Shown piece after piece: positions 37,898 to 47,391 of a DNA stretch of 64,000 bases. The translations under genes were made by a program, and so were the position numbers. How positions within the stretch are numbered: the first letter of the stretch is position 1; each line of letters begins with the position of its first letter. This DNA is from Clostridia bacterium (GTDB taxonomy: Bacteria > Bacillota > Clostridia > UMGS1883): assembly GCA_045656865.1 (NCBI GenBank), contig JAZOSB010000007.1, positions 8,335 to 72,334 of the forward strand. The letters are read 5' to 3'. The notes beneath the pieces are model-generated. The model saw only the letters and a list, made by a program, of their open reading frames with translations. It searched no databases and was not told the DNA's origin.

Positions 37898-38604
37898 TCT
37901 TTCACCTTCCTTATAATATAATAAATAATTCCTGCCACAATAAACGCTGTCAGCGAAAAGACGGAGAGATAATCCCAGAAAACACCTGTTATTTTAAATA
38001 TTCCGGTAAGAATTTCAATTACAAGAAAGCAAATTACTCCAAAGGCAGCAATGTATAAGGCGTTTGCAATTATGCTACTTTTTTCTTCATATACAGGAGA
38101 ACCAAGCATTTCCTGAAATCTTTTTAAAAGGCCTGCTGCAGAGAGCTTTTTCAAAAAAACAAAAGCAATGCTTCCTCCAATTAGTGTTCCGCAGATAAAT
38201 GACGGTACATAAAACAGCCAGCTGAGTCCATCCTTTCCCCACAGAAATGTCATCACGGGATAGGAGAGGACAGCACCGATTATTCCTGTGCCGATAATTT
38301 CCCCAAGCACGGCAAAAATGAGCTTACCTTTTGAAAATTTATAAAATATTCCCGACAGTAACGCTCCAAAAACAGCACCTGTGAGGGCAATGGGAGGTAT
38401 GGACATAATAACCATTCTGATAATGCCGATTACTACGGCGCATAAAAAGGCATACCACGGGCCCAAAAGGACGGCACACACTATATTGATAAAGTGTGCC
38501 ATGGGGCACATTCCCTCAAACCTTAATAGTGGTGAGATAACGACACCTAAGGCTATGAGCATAGAGAGTACCGTTAATTTGATAAGTTTCTTTTGATTTT
38601 TCAT
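37894..38604 (-). CDS. thiW: ECF transporter S component, ThiW-like (thiazole precursor), first gene after the TPP riboswitch
   Basis: 236 aa polytopic membrane protein with conserved MCPMAHF motif region; start at MKNQKK with AGAGGA RBS (the 70 N-terminal codons in the ORF track are riboswitch read-through). Confidence 0.6.
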   Translation of the reverse strand: MKNQKKLIKLTVLSMLIALGVVISPLLRFEGMCPMAHFINIVCAVLLGPWYAFLCAVVIGIIRMVIMSIPPIALTGAVFGALLSGIFYKFSKGKLIFAVLGEIIGTGIIGAVLSYPVMTFLWGKDGLSWLFYVPSFICGTLIGGSIAFVFLKKLSAAGLLKRFQEMLGSPVYEEKSSIIANALYIAAFGVICFLVIEILTGIFKITGVFWDYLSVFSLTAFIVAGIIYYIIRKVKE

Positions 38605-38762
38605 TTTATTTCCTCTTTTACAAATATATTTTCGGTAAAGGATTAATTTCCTACTCTCACCCCGAAACACGGGTTCCCTCGCTGATTTACATCTCCCGGG
38701 CGCTCCCCCGTGAGCGTTTGAGCATAAGATCTTCGAACCTCTTATGCTTAACCTCCTTTCGC

Positions 38763-38802
38763 AAAATAAAAAAGAGACAGTCCCTGATAAAAGGACTATC
38801 TC
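38763..38802 (-). terminator. Intrinsic terminator of the TPP riboswitch expression platform
   Basis: Minus-strand RNA: GGAGAUAGUCC-uuuuaucag-GGACUGUCUC followed by UUUUUUAUUUU, immediately 3' of the aptamer. Confidence 0.65.
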
Positions 38803-38814
38803 CGTTAAAAGCAA

Positions 38815-38925
38815 ACTATGACTTCCTACGGCGGCATTATCCGCATCAGGTGTACCAACATTGTTGGTGAAGGGTCGAAGTTTGATTACTTCCTCTCAGC
38901 CCGGCACACCGAGCTCCCCTGTATA
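38815..38925 (-). promoter_or_regulatory. TPP (THI-box) riboswitch aptamer
   Basis: Minus-strand RNA contains GGGGAGC...GCUGAGAGG...ACCCUU...ACCUGAUGCGGAUAAUGCCGCCGUAGGAAG, matching THI-element conserved positions; upstream of thiW-thiM-thiE-thiD. Confidence 0.85.
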
Positions 38926-38946
38926 ATTTTATATTAATTTTGATTA

Positions 38947-38975
38947 ATTATATATGATATTTTTTTGAAAATCAA
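38947..38975 (-). promoter_or_regulatory. Putative sigma-A promoter of the thi operon
   Basis: Minus strand TTGATT-17 nt-TATAAT, about 25 nt upstream of the aptamer. Confidence 0.5.
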
Positions 38976-38994
38976 GTGTTATTTAAAAAATATA

Positions 38995-39900
38995 TTAACC
39001 GCCTATACTGAAAAGATTAAGAACAATCGGAATTGAAAGACACGCCAATATGTTTGAAAGAAGTGCAAATCCTGCTCCCAGACGGCAATCCTCGCCCACA
39101 AGGCGGGGGAAAACAATTGTGTTGAGTCCGCAGGGCATTGCATAAATGAGGACTGCAACTTCTGTAACTGTTTTGCTGAACGGTGAAGTTATAAGTCCTA
39201 TCAGTACAGGAATTATAAAAAGTCGAAGTGCAGTTATTATGTAAATCTTTTTTTCAGAAAGAAGCTCTTTAAAATTAAATTCTGAAACAACTATACCTGC
39301 AAGAAGCATACTTAAAGGTCCCATACAGGCTCCTGCCTTACTCATAATGCTGTATGCTACCGAAGGGATGGGAATTTCAAAGAGACCGACAACCGCCCCC
39401 AGAAGCATAGCAATCATGGAAGAATTAAAAATCTTTTTGAATGAAAGCCCGCTTTTTGTAAGCTTGCTGTACCCGACGGTGTAAATATAAATCGACAAGG
39501 GGAGACAGAATATCATAGTGTTAAGAAGTCCGGCGCTGCCAAGAACTGCTTCAGCCATAGGATATCCCATATATCCGCTGTTAGGGACAACCAGTGAGTA
39601 TTCATATACATCCCGTTCATACTTTCCTTTATCGAAAAGCTTTGATATAAAAGCCATTAAAATACCGAGAAAAAGCACGATCTCCAAAGACCAGAGAATA
39701 ATTTCATAATTACCTGATATGTATTTAAGGGTAAAGTTTTTTGCAAAAGTTTCAAATACATAAAACGGTGCTATAACATACACCAGAAGGCTTGACAGAA
39801 TCGGCGTATGCTCCGCTTTTATTTTGCCGCTTTTCGCAACAATAAAACCTGCTGCAGCAAAGGCAAAAAGAATAAAAACCTGATTGAAAATGATTAACAT
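38995..39900 (-). CDS. AEC-family (auxin efflux carrier / malate permease-like) transporter
   Basis: 301 aa, about 10 TM, AEC family N- and C-terminal repeat topology. Confidence 0.75.
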   Translation of the reverse strand: MLIIFNQVFILFAFAAAGFIVAKSGKIKAEHTPILSSLLVYVIAPFYVFETFAKNFTLKYISGNYEIILWSLEIVLFLGILMAFISKLFDKGKYERDVYEYSLVVPNSGYMGYPMAEAVLGSAGLLNTMIFCLPLSIYIYTVGYSKLTKSGLSFKKIFNSSMIAMLLGAVVGLFEIPIPSVAYSIMSKAGACMGPLSMLLAGIVVSEFNFKELLSEKKIYIITALRLFIIPVLIGLITSPFSKTVTEVAVLIYAMPCGLNTIVFPRLVGEDCRLGAGFALLSNILACLSIPIVLNLFSIGG

Positions 39901-40061
39901 AACAAAACCTCCAAACCAAAAGTATTATACACCTGAAACCATCTTATGTAAATACACAGCTTTGAAAAAAAGCTTTACAAATAAAAAAATATATGTTATT
40001 ATATCGCCGTAGTTGTATTGTATCTCCCTTAGCGGAGAATAATAACAAGGAGGAATTTAAT

Positions 40062-40658
40062 ATGGTAAAAAAATTTGACACAAGGAAAATGGTGACGACG
40101 GCAATGTTAGCAGCGATTATAGTAGTGTTGCAACTTATGTCAGGTGTTATGAACATTAGTGGATTTCCCATTACTCTGACACTGGTCCCCATAATCATCG
40201 GTGCAACAATGTATGGTCCGAATACAGGTGCAATACTGGGCGCTGCTTTTGGTATTGTTGTATCCAGTGGGGTTATTACAGCTACTGACCCATTGGGACA
40301 CGCAATGTTTCAGTATAATCCTGTTTTAACATTGTTCGTATGTTTGCTGAAAGGAATAGCTGCCGGCTACGTAGCAGGATTAGCCTATAAATTTTTTAGC
40401 AAACGCAACAAAAAAACACTTGGCACTTTGATAGCATCGATTTTGTGCCCCGTTGTTAATACCTGTATGTTGTGTGTCGTTATGATAGCTTTCTTTAAAG
40501 GTGTTGTAACTGAATATGCAATCGCAAATGGAATAGAGTCTGCTATGAAACTCATAGTATCAGGAATTCTTCTTATGAATTTCCTGCCAGAACTTTTGCT
40601 TAATATAATAGTTTCACCGGGTGTTGCAAAAACAGTTTCAAAAATTAAGAGAGATTGA
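40062..40658 (+). CDS. ECF transporter S component (putative pantothenate-specific, PanT-like)
   Basis: 198 aa, 6 TM; strong AAGGAGG RBS; immediately upstream of coaX. Confidence 0.5.
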   Translation: MVKKFDTRKMVTTAMLAAIIVVLQLMSGVMNISGFPITLTLVPIIIGATMYGPNTGAILGAAFGIVVSSGVITATDPLGHAMFQYNPVLTLFVCLLKGIAAGYVAGLAYKFFSKRNKKTLGTLIASILCPVVNTCMLCVVMIAFFKGVVTEYAIANGIESAMKLIVSGILLMNFLPELLLNIIVSPGVAKTVSKIKRD

Positions 40659-40670
40659 TGGTAAGATAGA

Positions 40671-41435
40671 ATGATTTTAGTAATAGATATAGGTAACACA
40701 AATATAGTAGCTGGTTTGATTGACGGAAAGGATATTCTTTTCAGAGAACGGCTTTCAACGGCTCACCGTGCTACAAAGCTTGAGTATTCGGTGCTTTTTA
40801 AAACTGCCTTTGATATGTATGGCATAGATTACAAAAAGGTGGAGGGTGCTATAATATCCTCTGTTGTACCGTCTGTGACAAATGTTGTCAGAGATGCGGT
40901 AGAAAGCCTTTGCGGTATTTCGGTAATGGTGGTAGGCCCCGGAGTCAAAACGGGAATCAGTATTGTGATTGACAATCCTGCACAGCTTGGCAGCGACCTT
41001 GTGGTAGATGCCGTTGCAGGTATTGAGGAATACCCCCTCCCGCAGATTATTATTGATATGGGAACGGCAACCACTGTTTCTGTTATTGATAAGAAAAAGC
41101 AATTTTTAGGCGGTGCAATACTTCCGGGTGTGGCAGTTTCTCACGATGCTCTTATCGGCAGAACATCCCAGCTTCCCAAGGTTGCCTTTGAAAAACCAAA
41201 GAAAATGATAGGAAGCAATACAGTAGATTCTATTAAAAGCGGTATCCTCTACGGAAATGCCGGTGCGATAGAGGGGATAGTTGACCGCTTTGAGGAAGAG
41301 CTTGGCGAAAAATGCACCGTTATTGCAACGGGCGGACTTGCAAAAGTTATCGTACCTCTTTGCAAAAGAGAGATAATAGTTGATGAGGACTTGCTTCTTA
41401 AAGGTTTAATGTTAATATACAAGAAAAACAAATAA
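40671..41435 (+). CDS. coaX: Type III pantothenate kinase
   Basis: MILVIDIGNTNIVAGL N-terminal ASKHA motif; 254 aa. Confidence 0.9.
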   Translation: MILVIDIGNTNIVAGLIDGKDILFRERLSTAHRATKLEYSVLFKTAFDMYGIDYKKVEGAIISSVVPSVTNVVRDAVESLCGISVMVVGPGVKTGISIVIDNPAQLGSDLVVDAVAGIEEYPLPQIIIDMGTATTVSVIDKKKQFLGGAILPGVAVSHDALIGRTSQLPKVAFEKPKKMIGSNTVDSIKSGILYGNAGAIEGIVDRFEEELGEKCTVIATGGLAKVIVPLCKREIIVDEDLLLKGLMLIYKKNK

Positions 41436-41437
41436 TC

Positions 41438-41470
41438 ACAAAACGGTATCCGAATTCGGATACCGTTTTG
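41438..41470. terminator. Bidirectional terminator between coaX and rpsT
   Basis: AAAACGGTATCCG-aatt-CGGATACCGTTTT (13-bp perfect stem). Confidence 0.65.
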
Positions 41471-41550
41471 TGCTTCTCCGTTTTTTAAAGTCAAAAAAGA
41501 GTACATACATTACGTATATACTCTAATTCAAGCAATCATAGAAAAACTAA

Positions 41551-41814
41551 TTATGCAAGTGCAGCGAGTGCCTTGGAAAGCTGGCTCTTCTTGCGGCTAA
41601 CTGTGTTCTTGTGGTACACACCCTTAGCAACAGCCTGGTCAAGCTTCTTAACGCAAACAGCAAAAAGCTCCTGAGCGGAAGCCTTATTTCCTTCGCTAAC
41701 AGCTGCTTCAAACTTCTTAAGCTCTGTCTTGATAGCTGATTTAACCATACGATTTTCAAGAGTCTTCTTCTCGATAACGAGAACTCTCTTCTTAGCTGAT
41801 TTAATGTTAGGCAT
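41551..41814 (-). CDS. rpsT: 30S ribosomal protein S20
   Basis: MPNIKSAKKRVLV...; 87 aa. Confidence 0.95.
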   Translation of the reverse strand: MPNIKSAKKRVLVIEKKTLENRMVKSAIKTELKKFEAAVSEGNKASAQELFAVCVKKLDQAVAKGVYHKNTVSRKKSQLSKALAALA

Positions 41815-41851
41815 TATATTTTCACCTCCAACACATTATGGAACAAAATGC

Positions 41852-41880
41852 ATTATAGCATACATTATTTCAAAATGCAA
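41852..41880 (-). promoter_or_regulatory. Consensus sigma-A promoter of rpsT
   Basis: Minus strand TTGCAT-17 nt-TATAAT. Confidence 0.55.
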
Positions 41881-41899
41881 GTTTTTTTTGCCAAAAAAT

Positions 41900-42841
41900 T
41901 TATTTTTTTAATTCGTACTTTTTATCGAAGTTTTCCGTCGTAATAACTTCTCCGTTTTCCATTATTATAAGAGCATCCGTGTCTGTGAAATTATCACATA
42001 GTGATATTGAATCTTTTCCTAATATAAAGATAGCTGTCGAAAGCGCATCTGCCTGCATTGACGAGGGGGATATAACAGTTACCGATGCAACACCGCTTTC
42101 TGAGGGATAGCCTGTCCTCGGGTCAATTATGTGGTGATAACGCTTGCCCTCATATTCAAAATACCGCTGATAAGCGCCGCTTGTAACGGCACTTTTGTCT
42201 TTTACGGTAATTGTTGCAAAAACCTCATTGGGGTTAAAGGGGTTTCGGATTCCAACATTGAACTCGCCAATCAGAACAACATTTCCTCCTAAATCAATAA
42301 CGGCGTTTTCTACATCTTTTTCTTTGAATGACTCTGCAACTTTGTCTGCAATATACCCTTTTGCCACGGCACCCATATCAATGGCTTTGCCACCTAAGGA
42401 AAAAGGAGAAAGCGTAATATCCTCATATCCTGTTTTGGAGCGTGCAGTTTCTATTTCCTCTGCTGTCGGCGGAGTCTTTCTTTCTTTTATATTCCATAAA
42501 TCTACAAGAGGCGCAACTGTCACATCAAATGCACCGTTTGTAAGACGTGACATTTCAAGGGAGAAAGAAAGCACCTTTTCAATATCCCCATTTAATTTCC
42601 CCTGACCGTTGTTAAGTAAATATAGCTTGCTTTCGGGCTTTGTTCTGCTGAAAACATTTTCGTATCCCCTTAAAAGAGCAAAAGCATCATTAATTTTTTC
42701 AGAATCTTTTTCATTGGTTGTAATATTAATAACCGTATCCAACGCAAAGGTCTGTCGGGTTATGTTTTTGCTTTCATTCGTGCAGGAGGAGAATGTAAAA
42801 ATTACAAAACACATTATAATAATTGAAAGAATTTTTTTCAT
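41900..42841 (-). CDS. apbE: FAD:protein FMN transferase (ApbE family lipoprotein)
   Basis: Lipobox FSSC; ApbE motifs (FALDTVINI ... AIDLGG). Confidence 0.85.
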   Translation of the reverse strand: MKKILSIIIMCFVIFTFSSCTNESKNITRQTFALDTVINITTNEKDSEKINDAFALLRGYENVFSRTKPESKLYLLNNGQGKLNGDIEKVLSFSLEMSRLTNGAFDVTVAPLVDLWNIKERKTPPTAEEIETARSKTGYEDITLSPFSLGGKAIDMGAVAKGYIADKVAESFKEKDVENAVIDLGGNVVLIGEFNVGIRNPFNPNEVFATITVKDKSAVTSGAYQRYFEYEGKRYHHIIDPRTGYPSESGVASVTVISPSSMQADALSTAIFILGKDSISLCDNFTDTDALIIMENGEVITTENFDKKYELKK

Positions 42842-42856
42842 CTGTATCTCCTTATA

Positions 42857-43393
42857 TTAGTAAAGGATGCTGTAAATGATTTTATATCTGTTGATTTTTT
42901 CTGTATAGCGTACCGTTTCAGAAAAAGGTATTTCTTTTAAGGTCTTTCCGTCGGAGGAATATCTTGTATCTTTAAGCCATTTGTCCACATTTCCCATTCC
43001 TGCATTATATGCGGCAAGTGCATTTTGTGTATTGCCGTCATATTTTTTTATAAGATAAGAAAGATACCATACTCCTGCGTGAATGTTTGAATCGAGACTG
43101 AAAATATCGGGGCTTTTAATATCTGTATTTTCCCTGCAGAAAGAGAATGTTTCATCAGTTACCTGCATAATCCCCTTTGCTCCTGCATGGCTTACGGCAT
43201 CTTCATTGAAATTGCTTTCTGCCTTTATAAGTGCAGTGACGAGCCATTTGTCCACAGAATATTTGTCGCAGTATGTGTTTATGGTGTTCCAGTGGGGGAT
43301 AGGAAATAATTTTCTCAGCACTGAAAAGGAAATGCAGATAATCAATGCTATGCATATGATAGCAGAAAACAGCCTTAAATATTTTTTACTCAT
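42857..43393 (-). CDS. Lytic transglycosylase (SLT domain) with N-terminal membrane anchor
   Basis: SLT catalytic motif ALIKAESNFN ... GAKGIMQV. Confidence 0.75.
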   Translation of the reverse strand: MSKKYLRLFSAIICIALIICISFSVLRKLFPIPHWNTINTYCDKYSVDKWLVTALIKAESNFNEDAVSHAGAKGIMQVTDETFSFCRENTDIKSPDIFSLDSNIHAGVWYLSYLIKKYDGNTQNALAAYNAGMGNVDKWLKDTRYSSDGKTLKEIPFSETVRYTEKINRYKIIYSILY

Positions 43394-43970
43394 TGATTTC
43401 TCCCAAAAACTGATTATACAGGGAAACTATTTTTTCGGAAAGCACTTCCTCGCTTCCGCTGTTGTCTATAAGGATTGCCTCTTTCGAGTAATCGCTCTGT
43501 GCCTTTATTCTCCTTAGTGCGGAATCTCTGTCTATATTATCCCGTGTCATAATTCTGCTGAGACGGGTTTCTTCGTCGGCGGTAATAACTATAATGTGTC
43601 TGCACAGTTTGTCTGCACCGCTCGACTCCAATTCAGAACCGTCCATCAGACATATGTCCTTGCCCGAGCTTTCGCACAATTCAACGCATTTTTTTACAAT
43701 GGCTCCGTGAACAACACCGTTGAGCTTGCTAAGCTTCTCTTTATCAGAAAAAACTATGCTGCCAAGTGCTTTTCTGTCAATTTCACCATTTCCGTCAAGA
43801 ATGTTGGGAGAGAACAAAGCACACAATTTCTGCCTGACGTTTTCATCCCGAAGAACCTCGTGTGCAATCTTGTCACAATCTGCTACAAAGGCTCCAAGGG
43901 ATTCAAATATTTTCGCGGCGCTTGATTTACCGCTGCCTGTTCGTCCTGTAAGACCAATGAGCATTTTCAT
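43386..43970 (-). CDS. coaE: Dephospho-CoA kinase
   Basis: P-loop IGLTGRTGSGKSS; start at MKMLIGL with AAAGGA RBS. Confidence 0.85.
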   Translation of the reverse strand: MKMLIGLTGRTGSGKSSAAKIFESLGAFVADCDKIAHEVLRDENVRQKLCALFSPNILDGNGEIDRKALGSIVFSDKEKLSKLNGVVHGAIVKKCVELCESSGKDICLMDGSELESSGADKLCRHIIVITADEETRLSRIMTRDNIDRDSALRRIKAQSDYSKEAILIDNSGSEEVLSEKIVSLYNQFLGEINE

Positions 43971-43983
43971 AGGGGTTTTCCTT

Positions 43984-46479
43984 TCACTTTGTCTCAAACC
44001 AGCTTTTGCCTGTTTTTACATCTGCACGGAGGGGCACAGTTAATTTAACTGCATTTTCCATTTCGTCCTTTAATATCCGTGCAACCATTTCTGACTGTGC
44101 CTGGGGCACTTCGCATATGAGTTCGTCGTGTACCTGTAAAATCAATTTTGCCTCGGGACATTTTTCCCTAAGTGCATCATACACCTTAACCATTGCAATT
44201 TTAATTATATCTGCCGCTGTTCCCTGAATGGGTGCATTCATAGCAGCACGCTCGCCAAATGAACGGAGATTAAAATTCTTTGCCTGAAGCTCGGGAATGT
44301 ATCTTCTTCTGCCAAATATGGTTGTAACAAAACCGTCTTCCTTTGCTTTTTCAATGGTAGAATCCATATAATTCTTAACACCGCTGTAGTGGGCAAAATA
44401 GCTGTCAATATATTCCTTTGCTTCCTTACGGCTGATTTTTAGCTCTCCTGCAAGTGAAAATTCACTCTGTCCGTAGATTATACCAAAGTTTACCGTCTTG
44501 GCACGGGAACGCATATCATCAGTTACAAGAAAATCGGGAACATTGAAAACCTGTGTTGCTGTTATGGTGTGGATGTCATCATCATTTATGAATGCATCCT
44601 GCATAACCTTGTCACCTGCCATATGGGCGAGAACACGAAGCTCAATCTGTGAATAATCGGCACCGACAAGAAGGTGCCCGTCCTTTGCAACAAACATTTT
44701 GCGGATTTCTCTGCCTATTTCAGTTCGCACGGGGATGTTCTGAAGATTCGGCTCGGCAGAGCTTATTCTACCCGTTGCAGTAACTGTCTGTTTGAGAGTG
44801 GAACGGATTCTGCCCTCATCATCAAGAAGGGGGAGAAATGCATCTGCGTAGGTTGATTTCAGCTTTGCAAGATGACGGTATTCAATAATTAAATCAATAA
44901 TTTCGTGCTTTCCGCGAAGCTTCTCCAAAACGGAGGAATCCGTGGAATATCCCGTCTTTGTCTTTTTGATTATTGGAAGCCCCATATCCTCAAACAACAG
45001 TTTTCCAAGCTGTTTGGTGGAGTTTATATTTATTTCTTCCCCTGCCATAAAGTATATGGCGCTTTCAAGTGCGGATATTCTTTCTCCTAACATTTTTGCA
45101 AAGCTCTGAAGCTCTTCTCTGTCAATTTTGAATCCTGCCACTTCCATATCATACAGAACATTTTCGAGGGGAAGCTCTATATCATTAAGAAGAGAAAGCT
45201 GACCTCTCTTTTCAAGCTCTTCTGTCTGCTTTTTGTAAAGTGCAGGTAAGGAGGATACAGACAAGGGAAGCGAATATGCCGTAAAAATTTCATTTATATT
45301 ATATTCGCTTCTTGTGGGGTCAATGATATATTCAGCAATTTCACTGTCGTAAAAATTGCCGCAAAGATTTATCCCAAGGGAAGCTAATGCGTGCTTTACC
45401 TTTTTGTATTCGTGGGTGTATTTTGAAATGGCTTCATCTTCAAGAATCTCTTTCAAAAGTGACGGCTCAGAGAAGTAAGGCTTGCCGCCCGAAATAAACT
45501 GCATAAGATTTTCTTCCATTATAAAATAGAAAGAATCCTCACTCTTGCATTTTTCAATAATTTCTGCTGTGGCGGGGAGCGTTTCCACCGTAGGAAGCTC
45601 TGCCTCTACGGGTGTGCATAGCCTTTCTGCTATTTTACGAAGCTCCAGCTCCTCTAATTTTTTCGAGAGAGCAAGGTTGTCTGCTTCTTTATATAATGCA
45701 TCCTCAATCTTAAAATTAATGGGAACATTTTTATCAATTGTACAAAGCTTTAGGCAGAGGTAAGCATCCTCTTTCCCTGCAATAAGCTTTTCCCTTGCCG
45801 CCTTTTTTATATGGTCGTCTTCAATGTTTTCATACATATTGTCAAGGGAATGGAAGTAAGAAAGAAGGTCAAATGCTGTTTTTTCACCGATGCCCTTTAC
45901 CCCGGGAATGTTATCGGAGGAATCGCCCATAAGCGCCTTTACCGATATAAACTCCTCGGGAGTTACACCGTATTTTTCAAATACTCCCTTGTGGTCAAGC
46001 TCCTCGGTGGTGGTTTGCCCCATTCGTGTGGTAGTGAGAAGCACGCAGGTATTACCGCTTGCAAGCTGAAGGTCGTCCTTGTCACCCGTGACAATATTGC
46101 AACGAAGCTCGTTCTCATCACATATTCTGCTGACAGTACCTATAATATCGTCTGCCTCGTACCCCTCCAATGAAAGCTGAAGAATATTCATTGCAGAAAG
46201 AATTTCTTTAAGATGAGGCATCTGCTCGGCAAGGTCGTCGGGCATACCCTTACGCTGTGCCTTGTACTGGTCGTACATCTTATGGCGGAAAGTAGGTGCT
46301 TTCAGGTCGAAAGCTACACAGAGGTAGTCAGGCTTATACTCATCAATGTATTTAAGCATTATATTCATAAAACCAAATATGGCATTTGTGGGAATCCCCG
46401 TCTTTGTTGAGAGGGGCCTTACCCCGTAATATGCACGGTTTACGATACTGTTACCGTCAATGATAATAAGATTTTTCAT
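43984..46479 (-). CDS. polA: DNA polymerase I
   Basis: 831 aa; 5'-3' exonuclease domain, 3'-5' exo-like domain and family A polymerase motifs (DYSQIELR, QVHDEL). Confidence 0.95.
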   Translation of the reverse strand: MKNLIIIDGNSIVNRAYYGVRPLSTKTGIPTNAIFGFMNIMLKYIDEYKPDYLCVAFDLKAPTFRHKMYDQYKAQRKGMPDDLAEQMPHLKEILSAMNILQLSLEGYEADDIIGTVSRICDENELRCNIVTGDKDDLQLASGNTCVLLTTTRMGQTTTEELDHKGVFEKYGVTPEEFISVKALMGDSSDNIPGVKGIGEKTAFDLLSYFHSLDNMYENIEDDHIKKAAREKLIAGKEDAYLCLKLCTIDKNVPINFKIEDALYKEADNLALSKKLEELELRKIAERLCTPVEAELPTVETLPATAEIIEKCKSEDSFYFIMEENLMQFISGGKPYFSEPSLLKEILEDEAISKYTHEYKKVKHALASLGINLCGNFYDSEIAEYIIDPTRSEYNINEIFTAYSLPLSVSSLPALYKKQTEELEKRGQLSLLNDIELPLENVLYDMEVAGFKIDREELQSFAKMLGERISALESAIYFMAGEEININSTKQLGKLLFEDMGLPIIKKTKTGYSTDSSVLEKLRGKHEIIDLIIEYRHLAKLKSTYADAFLPLLDDEGRIRSTLKQTVTATGRISSAEPNLQNIPVRTEIGREIRKMFVAKDGHLLVGADYSQIELRVLAHMAGDKVMQDAFINDDDIHTITATQVFNVPDFLVTDDMRSRAKTVNFGIIYGQSEFSLAGELKISRKEAKEYIDSYFAHYSGVKNYMDSTIEKAKEDGFVTTIFGRRRYIPELQAKNFNLRSFGERAAMNAPIQGTAADIIKIAMVKVYDALREKCPEAKLILQVHDELICEVPQAQSEMVARILKDEMENAVKLTVPLRADVKTGKSWFETK

Positions 46480-46601
46480 TTTCTTACTTCCTCATATAAA
46501 ATATATATTAATTATTATACTATAAATGGTAAAAAAATCAAGGATAAAAAAGATTCTGCATCCTCTTTGGGGAAGAAATTTGAAAAAAATAAAAAAAATG
46601 C

Positions 46602-46630
46602 TTGCATTTTTGTTTTTTATCTGTTAGAAT
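46602..46630 (+). promoter_or_regulatory. Consensus sigma-A promoter of rpmB
   Basis: TTGCAT-17 nt-TAGAAT. Confidence 0.55.
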
Positions 46631-46687
46631 AACCTATGCGCATTATGAAATGAAGTATTTTGAAGTATTCCTAAGGAGGGAAATAGA

Positions 46688-46877
46688 TATGGCTAAATGT
46701 GATGTATGCGGTAAGGGTGTTACTTTTGGTATTAAGGTAAGCCACTCTCACAGAAGATCCAATCGTGCTTGGAAGCCCAACATCAAAACTGTAAAGGCTG
46801 TTGTTAACGGTTCTCCCAAGACAATCCACGTTTGCTCCCGTTGCCTGAGAAGCGGAAAAGTTGTAAGAGCTATCTGA
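46688..46877 (+). CDS. rpmB: 50S ribosomal protein L28
   Basis: MAKCDVCGKG...; 62 aa; AAGGAGGG RBS (the ORF track start at 46602 is leader read-through). Confidence 0.9.
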
Positions 46878-46906
46878 TTTCTCTCGTATCATAATCGGAA
46901 CAAACT

Positions 46907-46937
46907 AAGGTAGTACGCTTTTGCGTACTACCTTTTT
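46907..46937 (+). terminator. Rho-independent terminator after rpmB
   Basis: GGTAGTACGC-tttt-GCGTACTACC followed by TTTTTG. Confidence 0.7.
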
Positions 46938-46970
46938 GAATTTACGGGAAATAATTTGTCAAAAAATATC

Positions 46971-46999
46971 TTGACAATTCTATTTGAGGAGTATATAAT
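46971..46999 (+). promoter_or_regulatory. Consensus sigma-A promoter of rpsF-ssb-rpsR
   Basis: Perfect TTGACA-17 nt-TATAAT; about 75-nt structured leader follows. Confidence 0.6.
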
Positions 47000-47074
47000 A
47001 ACATAGCATTTTAATGAAATGCTATCCTTGCTTCGGGACAGCCCGAGGCCAAAGACCAGAAGGAGGTGTAGAAA

Positions 47075-47371
47075 ATGGCTGAAATTATCAACAAGTATGA
47101 AACCATTTTTGTTCTTGACTGCGCACTTGAGGAGGAGAAAATCAATGCTCTTTCCGAGAAGTTCCAGAAGCTTATCGCTGATAACGGAACAGTTGAAAGC
47201 GTAGACGTATGGGGCAAGAGAAAGCTTGCTTATCCTATCGACTTCAAGACAGAAGGTTACTACGTTCTTGTGAACTTCGCATCAAATCCTGAATTCCCCA
47301 AGGAGCTTGAGAGAATTTACGGAATCACCGACGGTGTAATGCGTACAATCACAATCCGCAAGGAAGCGTAA
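47075..47371 (+). CDS. rpsF: 30S ribosomal protein S6
   Basis: 98 aa; conserved rpsF-ssb-rpsR operon. Confidence 0.95.
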   Translation: MAEIINKYETIFVLDCALEEEKINALSEKFQKLIADNGTVESVDVWGKRKLAYPIDFKTEGYYVLVNFASNPEFPKELERIYGITDGVMRTITIRKEA

Positions 47372-47391
47372 TTATTGGGGAGGAATTTTAA

